A stretch of DNA of 64,000 bases from Octopus sinensis. Its lineage: Eukaryota. Shown here in pieces: positions 56,377 to 64,000 of this stretch (position 1 is the first letter of the stretch; every line of letters begins with the position of its first letter). Under the pieces are notes generated by a model. It made no database searches and was not told the DNA's origin. It saw only the letters and a list, made by a program, of their open reading frames with translations. The stretch spans positions 144,212,001-144,276,000 of the forward strand of contig NC_042998.1 of NCBI RefSeq assembly GCF_006345805.1, written 5' to 3'. A program made the translations under genes and the position numbers.

Positions 56377-56715
56377 GGCGCATGACTCAGTGGTCAGAGC
56401 GTGAAGCTTACGATCGTGAGGTTGTGAGTTCGAATCCCGGACCAGGCTGCATGTTGTGTTCCTGAGCAAGACACTTTATTTTACGTTGCTCCAGTTCACT
56501 CAGCTGTAGAAATGAGTTGCAACATCACAGGTGCCAAGCTGTATCGGCCTTTGCCTTTCCCTTGGATAATACTGGTGGCGTGGAGAGGAGAGGGGAGTCT
56601 GGTATGCATGGGCGACTGCTGGTCTTCCATAAACAAACTTGCCCAGACTTGTGCCTGGGAGTGTAGCTTTCTAGGTGCAATCCCATGGTCAGTCATGACT
56701 GAAGAGGGTTTCAAC
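56377..56715 (+). mobile_element. tRNA-derived SINE family D with CORE-like central domain
   Basis: A box tgactcagtgg, B box gagttcgaatcc, then gttgtgttcctgagcaagacacttta...cagctgtagaaatgag resembling the CORE domain; older copy ~3755-3910. Confidence 0.82.
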
Positions 56716-57707
56716 ATATATATATTTATGTTTGTGTGTGCGTATATGTGTGTATGTGTGTGTGAGGTATATGTGTGTATATAATAATGTGCATATATTT
56801 GCTGCGTGGGTTTAATGCATAGTTAAGTGTATATAAATGAGTAGTGTGTGTGTGTGTGTACCTGCATATGATGTGTATGGTGTTTACGTATGTGTCTGTA
56901 CAGTTGGTAAAATATGAGTGATGTGGATGTATATGTGTTGGTATTGACAACAGTATGTCTCAGTAGTAGTAGTAGCAGCAGCAGTGATATTGATGATGAT
57001 AATGACGAGAATGATGACAATAAAATGATTGATTTATATTTTGTGTTGATAAGGAAGTGGAGGTGATAGTAGTGATTATAATGATGCAGTATAGACGATA
57101 GTAGTGGTGATGGGGTTGATGGCCATAGCAGGGACAGTACTTGTACAGGCTACAGTATTAGAGTCCATAATTAGTCTAATAAAGATGGCTGACATCTAAA
57201 GAACAACACCAGTCATTAATTAGTTATACTTTTAAGATAATTAGCAATATACCTGTGCTAATTACAGTTCTAATTAAACAAAGTCTTCTGATATAATCTT
57301 AAAACAATTCCTGTAGAATACAAAACTAATTCCTTAGAATCCCTCTTTTATTCAATGTTTCAGAAAACCATTCCTAGATGTAATGCATCTGTTCATCCTT
57401 ACTACATTTTGGCAGATTCAAAGGCGAAAATCTAATCACTGTTGTTTTTCATCATTGGAGAACATCCATACAAAGTTGTTTGTTTCCAGTTTTGCACATG
57501 CACGCATGCACACACACACACACATTTCAATTGTGTTTTATTATCCCAAGATTTCATTCCATTTTCTAACATCTCCAAGATTTATAAACCAGACGTGGTA
57601 TATCTCACACCCCCAATTCAAAAAGCCCAAGTTATTTATACTCTTACATTTACCCATGTCCATCCAAGCTGTTTGTTTTTCAATAGACTATGAGATTATT
57701 ATCTCAC

Positions 57708-57775
57708 TTGTTTCCAAGCAGGGGTTGGCAACAGAAAGAGCAATCAACCATAGAAAACTCAACTTCAGCATACTC
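57708..57775 (-). CDS. Candidate exon encoding a signal-peptide-like N-terminus MLKLSFLWLIALSVANPCLET (ATG at 57771, phase-1 end)
   Basis: Acceptor tatgtttctatgattgtattag|, donor CAA|gtgaga; no downstream coding exon identified. Confidence 0.25.
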
Positions 57776-58309
57776 CTAATACAATCATAGAAACATAGAC
57801 ATTAGAACAATGAGAAAAATTATGAGGATTTGTTTGTATACTTATTTATTACATTTTTGTGCATTTTTATACACTTCAACTTGAACTATCTTCTGAATTC
57901 CTTGCATGCAAGAATTTCAAGTGAATCAGGATTCTTCAGCAAAATGATGACTATCAGTTTCCTTTTGAAGCAATTCATGAAAATACAGTGAATTTATAGT
58001 TATACTTATTTTAGGTATTCATAAACTTGGGACAAAGCCAAGCACTGCACCTAGTAATATTATATGTCAATATTTCCACTTGATATATCAAGAGGTATCT
58101 ATATAGAGAGAATTGATGTATAACATCAAAAAATATATCTATGGTAATTAAGGACATTATGGTAATTAAGAACATTATTAATGACTGAACTTCAATATGT
58201 TTTTAAAATGGAGTAAATTCTGGTGATTTTATAACAGGAAGGGAGTCAGGTTGTAGAAAATCTGCCCCAGTGAGATGTTCTAACTAGTGGAAGTATGGAA
58301 AAGAGGATT

Positions 58310-58620
58310 TTACAATAATGACGAAACAGTGATGACAATGATGAAGATGATCACAATAAGGATAATGATAAGGACAATGATGATGACGACAATGACAATG
58401 ATGATAACAACAATGAGGGTGAGGCTGATGATGATGTCAACAATGATGATAATGACAATGATGATAACAAGGATGAGAATAATGACAACAATAACGATGA
58501 CAATGATGATTGATGGTGATAGTAATGACCATGATGATGATAACGATGGTGGTGATGGTGATAGAGAGGGGGAAGAAGAGGAGGAGGGGGAAGATGGGGC
58601 AGGGAGGAGGACAAACTACA
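58310..58620. repeat. Degenerate (GAT/AAT/GAC)n trinucleotide low-complexity tract
   Basis: Direct reading; explains the Met/Thr-rich and Ser/Leu-rich ORFs. Confidence 0.93.
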
Positions 58621-58880
58621 ACCTAGTCACTGTAGTGGAACTGTATCAATGATCAGGCTGTAATTGAGCTACAAAAGTTTTTGACACTTCATGAAATAAA
58701 TTAAAATTTAAAGTGATATAAAACAATGTATCAACAGACAGGCATGAGCATAGTTGTGTTGTTAAGAAGTTTGCTTCCCAACTACATAGTTCCAGGTTCA
58801 GTCCCACCTTAGGCAAGTCTCTTCTGCTATAGTGGATTTGGGGCACAAGAATTGGAAGGAGCTTGTCATATATATACAAA

Positions 58881-59194
58881 ATGAATGAGGAAAATGGAAA
58901 ATGGAGTTTGCAAGAATCTTTATTCAACACAAATGTCGTTTTGACCCATCATGTATCTGTCCATTGCAGGTGGGCTACTCTACAACTGGTTGTATTGCAT
59001 CCTCCAGGGCAGAATGCCTCTCATGGGTGTCTTGTTTTAAATCAGATACTTTGCTAAATACACTCAGTTTCGCTTGGCATGTTGTTGTTGCCAGTAGGTT
59101 GTTGGGTATAATGATAAGGAATGGATAGTTTTGAAACGATCATTGTATTGAATAAAGATTCTTGCAAACTCCATTTTCCATTTCCTTCATTCAT
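58881..59194. mobile_element. 314-bp MITE with ~60-bp TIRs and apparent TACAAA target-site duplication
   Basis: atgaatgaggaaaatggaaaatggagtttgcaagaatctttattcaa... mirrored at 59133-59194; tacaaa at 58875-58880 and 59195-59200. Confidence 0.85.
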
Positions 59195-59523
59195 TACAAA
59201 CCAAATGAACACTGTGGAATTCCTGAGATAGATCCAGTGACACATATCAAAACTGTGGATGACATCAGATAGCCTAAACAACGAAAGTGCTTTAATCGGC
59301 ATACTACTAACTATATACCCAAAGCCCAAATAATCATGTGTGTGTGTGTGTAATATAAGTATATGTGATTATTCTGTCAAATGTAATGCTTATTTATTCA
59401 AATTGTTTTGAATTAATCATGCTTTGAGATTTCGATTATGGAGTTGTTTACTTTCAGTATAACATTGTAGGATTAAATTTGGCCAGTTTGAATACAAAAC
59501 AAATAGAATATTTTGGCTAGATA

Positions 59524-62017
59524 TCATCATCATCATCATCATCGTTTAACGTCCACTTTCCATGCTATCATGGGTTGGACGGTTTAACTGGGATCTGGGA
59601 AGCCCGAAGGCTGTGCCAGGCCAGTCAGATCTGGCGGTGTTTCTACAGCTGGATGCCCTTCCTAATGCCAACCACTCCGTGAGTGTAGTGGGTGCTTTTT
59701 ACGTGCCACCGACACAGGTGCCAGACGAGGCTGGCAAACGGCCATGCTCAGATGGTGTTTTTTACGTGCCACCGGCACGGAGGCCAAGCAGGGCTGGCAC
59801 GGCCACGATCGGATGGTGTTTGTTATGTGCCACCAGCACGGAGGCCAGTCGATGCGGTGCTGGCTACGGCCACATTCAGATGGTTCTCTTATGTGCCACC
59901 GGCACTGGTACCACAAACCACAAATTCCATTGATGTGGATCGATTTCGATTTGATTTGATTCTTCGATTTTGATTTTCACTTGCCTCAACAGGTCTTCAC
60001 AAGTAGAGTTATGTGTCCCAAGAAGGAAGGTATGCACAGGTGGACTGACTACGTCCCAGGTAGGGGCCACAGGTTATGGCCTCACTTGTCCTGCCGGGTC
60101 TTCTCTCGCACAGCATACTTCCAAAGGTCTCGGTCTCTGGTCATTTCCTCGGTGAGACCTAAAGAGCAAAGGTCGTGCTTCACCACCTTATCCCAAGTTT
60201 TCCTGGGTCTACCTCTTCCACAGGTTCCCTCAACTGCTAGGGTGTGGCACTTTTTCACACAACTATCTTCATCCATTCTTACCACGTGTCCATACCAGCG
60301 TAGACGTCTCTCTTGCACACCACAACTGATGCTTCTTAGGTCCAACTTTTCTCTCAAGGCACTTACACTCTGTCGGGTATGAACACTGACATTAAACATC
60401 CATCGGAGCATACTGGCTTCATTTCTTGCGAGCTTACGCATATCCTCATCAATGACACAGCCCATGTTTCACTGCCATGTAGCATGGCTGTTCGTACACA
60501 TGCGCCATACACTCTGCCTTTTACTCTGAGCGAGAGGCCTTTTGTCACCAGCAGAGGTAAGAGCTCTCTGAACTTTGCCCAGGCTATTCTTACTCTAGCA
60601 GTTACACTTTCGGCACACACACCCCCACTACCGACTTGATCACCTAGGTAACGGAAACTGTCAACTATTTCTAGTTTTTCTCCCTGGAATGTGGCGGAAG
60701 ATGGTCTCTGCGCATTTTCAGTGTTTATTGCACCAGAGCATCTGCCACATACAAAAACTATATTCCTAGTTAGCCTTCCTTTGACATTGCTGCACCTCTT
60801 ATGTGTCCATAGCTTACACTTGTGCATCTTATAGAGTTCCTACCTACGCCTTTTCTACAGATCGAGCAGGGCCATCTACCTGAAGGCGTTTGAGATTTGT
60901 CTACCTTCCTACTTATTAGGACTTTGGTTTTAGCTAGATTGACTCTGAGGCCCTTCGATTCTAATCCTTGCTTCCACACCTGAAACTTCTCCTTGAGTTC
61001 TGATAGTGATTCAGCAATTAGAGCAAGGTCATCAGCATAGAGGAGCTTCCAGGGGCATCCTGTCTTGAATTCCTCCGTTATTGCCTGGAGGACTATGATA
61101 AATAGGAGGGGGCTGAGGACTGAGCCTTGGTGGACCCCAACCTCCACCCGGAATTCTTCACTGTACACGTTGCCAACCCTCACCTTACTAACAGCGTCCC
61201 TGTACATGGCACGCACAGCTCTCACTAACCATTCATCTATCCCTAGTTTCCTCATTGACCACCAGATAAGGGAACGGGGGACCCTGTCAAAGGCTTTTTC
61301 CAAGTCAACGAAAGCCAGGAACAGAGTTTTATCTTTGGCTAGGTATTTCTCCTGCAACTGTCTCACCAGAAATATGGCATCGGTGGTGCTTTTCCCTGGC
61401 ACAAACCCAAACTGCATCTCGTCCAGGTTGACTCTCTCTCTAATCAGTTGGGCTATGACCCTTTCCGTAACCTTCATTACCTGATCCAACAGCTTGATAC
61501 CTCTGTAATTATTTGTATCTAGGGCGTCACCTTTACCTTTGTAGCAATTGACTATTATGCTACTACACTAGTCATTGGTTATGACTCCTTCGTGTATCAC
61601 CTGGTTAACTATACGGGTGACTAGGCTATAGCCGACACTGCCAGATATTTTGAGCATCTCAGCAGTAATTCCTGATGGGCCTGGGGCTTTCCCTGTCTTC
61701 ATGCTTCTAATTGCCTTAACTACCATGGAACTGTCAACTCGGATAGCTGGTCCCTCTATTGGGTCGACATTCGGCAGACTCTCTTTATCCCATTCATTCT
61801 CTTTGTTGAGCAACCTTTCATAGTGGCATCTCCAAACCTCTCTCTTTGCATCCTCATTTAGCACAAGTGAACCATCATCCATGCAAACATATTTCTCTCC
61901 TACCACATCATGATTCTCTCTCACACACTGTCTTGCAACATGAAACACCTCACAGCGCAGAACATTGGCAAATTTTTTCCTATCTGCTTCCCCTCTGGCT
62001 AAATATACCTGTCTCCT
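59524..62017 (-). mobile_element. RTE-clade LINE copy 2: 5'-truncated, (GAT)n tail, unexpanded 3' UTR
   Basis: Consecutive frameshifted ORFs 61568-61948, 60770-61489, 60363-60827, 60082-60465 give RTE ORF2 motifs through RRLRWYGHVVRM and GRGRPRKTW. Confidence 0.97.
60770..61489 (-). pseudogene. Reverse transcriptase core of RTE ORF2 (239 aa open segment, frameshifted on both sides)
   Basis: QFGFVPGKSTTDAIF, FVDLEKAFDRVPR, GVHQGSVLSPLLF, LLYADD. Confidence 0.95.
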
Positions 62018-62949
62018 ATAGCCAGTTTAAATGCTAAAGGGTTAAACACCCCAGTTTGAGGAGTACATATAGAGGGAAAAGTAAGCATAGGGGACAAAAA
62101 TTAGCATACAAAGAGTGATTTTTTTTAAAGGACATTTTTTGGAAAATAAGAGTGTCTTATTTATATAACATCCAATATAATATGTCCCTTGAAAGCTGAT
62201 AATATTTTGTCTTGACATCAACAATAAGAGTCTGAGAAATAAAACAAAACTTTATTTCTGCTCATAATTATTCAAGATTTCCTGTTGTTGAAAAATATTA
62301 GTAAATAGCTTTAAATCATTTTTCTCAATAAAGATGGATAGCATTGTTGTTGGGGCTGTTAGTTATAATGTGATTGACATCATCATTATCTCCACCACTG
62401 CAACTACCATTAACAGCTTCGTCATCACCACAATTATCACCACCACCACCACATTTATGGCCATCATTACCACCTCCCCCATCATCACTATGATTATCAA
62501 CACCACCATCACTATCTCATGCTATCTTTTCACATGGTTGATATCTCTTAAATTTATATAAGAGACCCATAAACAAACATTCATATCTAATTTCTATCAA
62601 TTACAGAAGCCTCCTCGAAATAGCTGTTTTCTAATCTCTAGAAAGCTTTTCTTGTTCTGAATTGGTATATTGTCATGGTTTTATCAAATTTAATGCAAGA
62701 TCAGGTTTAATGTATCATTTTGTAAACAAAGCATAATGAAGAGATTGTGTTGAAAATAACAGAAAGGAAATCTATTCAAGTTCAAACAGTTTCAAGGTCT
62801 GCACAAAGTTTGCAAAAAGTCACTAGTTTGTAACTTTTTACTATTCATCAACAGTGAGACAGATGGCTATTTGAAAGGTAACCAACAGTCACAATTGGTG
62901 ACTAACTGTAGGACTGATTTTCAATCCTTTTTGATTTTGTGGCTTATTA

Positions 62950-63372
62950 CTCTTTACTCTTTTACTTGTTTCAGTCATTTGGCTGTGGCCATGCTGGAGC
63001 ACTGCCTTTAGTCAAACAAATCGACCCCAGGACTTATTCTCTGTAAGCCTAGCACTTATTCTATCAGCCACTTTGCCGAACCGCTAAGTTACGGGGACCT
63101 AAATACACCAGCATCGGTTGTCAAGCGATGTTGGGGGGACAAACACAGACACACAAACATATATACACACATACATATATATATATATATATGTATATAC
63201 ATATATACGATGGGCTTCTTTCAGTTTCCGTCTACCAAATCCACTCACAAGGCTTTGGTTGGCCCGAGGCTATAGTAGAAGACACTTGCCCAAGGTGCCA
63301 TGCAGTGGGACTGAACCCAGAACCATGTGGTTGGTGAGCAAGCTACTTACCACACAGCCACTGCTATGCCTA
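62950..63372 (-). mobile_element. Near-complete young SINE family A copy
   Basis: Collinear with 25171-25586 over its whole length. Confidence 0.9.
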
Positions 63373-64000
63373 TATTGGAGATGAAAGCAAAAATTACTGA
63401 CAGACTTTTAAAGTTTAGAAAAAATAATAACTGTATAGGAGCAGACATGGCTGTGTGGTAAATTTGCTTCCCAATCACATGGTTCTGGGTTCAGTCCTGC
63501 CGTGTGGCACCTTGGGTAAGCATCAACTACTATAGCATCTGACCAGCCAAAGCCTTATGAGTGGATTTAGTAGATGGAAATTGAAAGAAGCCTGCCGTAT
63601 ACATACATGTATGACATTACAGAGTGTACTTGGTGCTTTTTGTAAAGTGGTTGGCATTAGGAAAGGCATCCAGTCATAGAAATCTGGCCAAAGCAGATGT
63701 TGAAGCTCAATGTAGCCCTCTGGCTCACTGGATCCTATGATGGTCTTCTTTTCCATTTCCATCAACCAAATCCCTTCACAAGGTTTGGTTAGCAGTCAGC
63801 TCTAGGTTCTAATAAAAAACACTTTACCCACATGTGGGATTGAACCAAAAATTACATGTTTGGGAAGTAAGCTTCTCACAGTTTATTAATTGGTATTCAG
63901 TATTTGAATACTGTTGCTTACGGGAGATTTATCAGTTGCAGAATAAGCATCCTTCAGTCCATTAACACAACATCAAATTAAGGAAAACAGAGGATTGTCA

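Larger units (their letters stand above)
59360..62041. mobile_element. piggyBac-like MITE split by RTE copy 2 (parts 59360-59523 and 62018-62041)
   Basis: Removing the RTE restores ttttggctagatatagccagtttaaatgctaaaggg|TTAA, matching the uninterrupted relatives at 13608 and 32510 in reverse complement. Confidence 0.7.

Noticed and set aside
57383-57790. Overlapping 135-aa and 83-aa plus-strand ORFs
   Set aside because: They run through a CA microsatellite and lack a usable donor or recognisable motif.
58287-58652. Met/Thr-rich 121-aa ORF
   Set aside because: Translation of degenerate trinucleotide repeats.

Overview
AT-rich eukaryotic DNA saturated with repeats, with one 100-N gap. The SINE and RTE families and the extreme microsatellite load point to a cephalopod (octopus-like) genome; this is inferred, not searched. 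The window holds two 5'-truncated, frameshifted RTE-clade LINE copies on the minus strand plus three older fragments, 3' remnants of CR1/L2-like and Tx1/L1-like LINEs, dozens of tRNA-derived SINEs from at least four families, two non-autonomous Helitrons, several MITE/fold-back elements and a ~5.1-kb degenerate (TA)n tract. Nearly all ORFs in the supplied track are microsatellite or antisense artefacts, and only the LINE-derived ORFs are recognisable proteins. I could not identify a host gene; several isolated exon-like segments with good splice signals are reported at low confidence. I found no convincing new biological system. The best leads are the higher-order tandem expansion in one RTE 3' UTR, a GC3-biased coding-like island at 33.1-33.5 kb, a MITE with an apparent 6-bp TSD, several long palindromes and degenerate hammerhead-like cores. 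Coordinates were counted by eye and may be off by a few bases.
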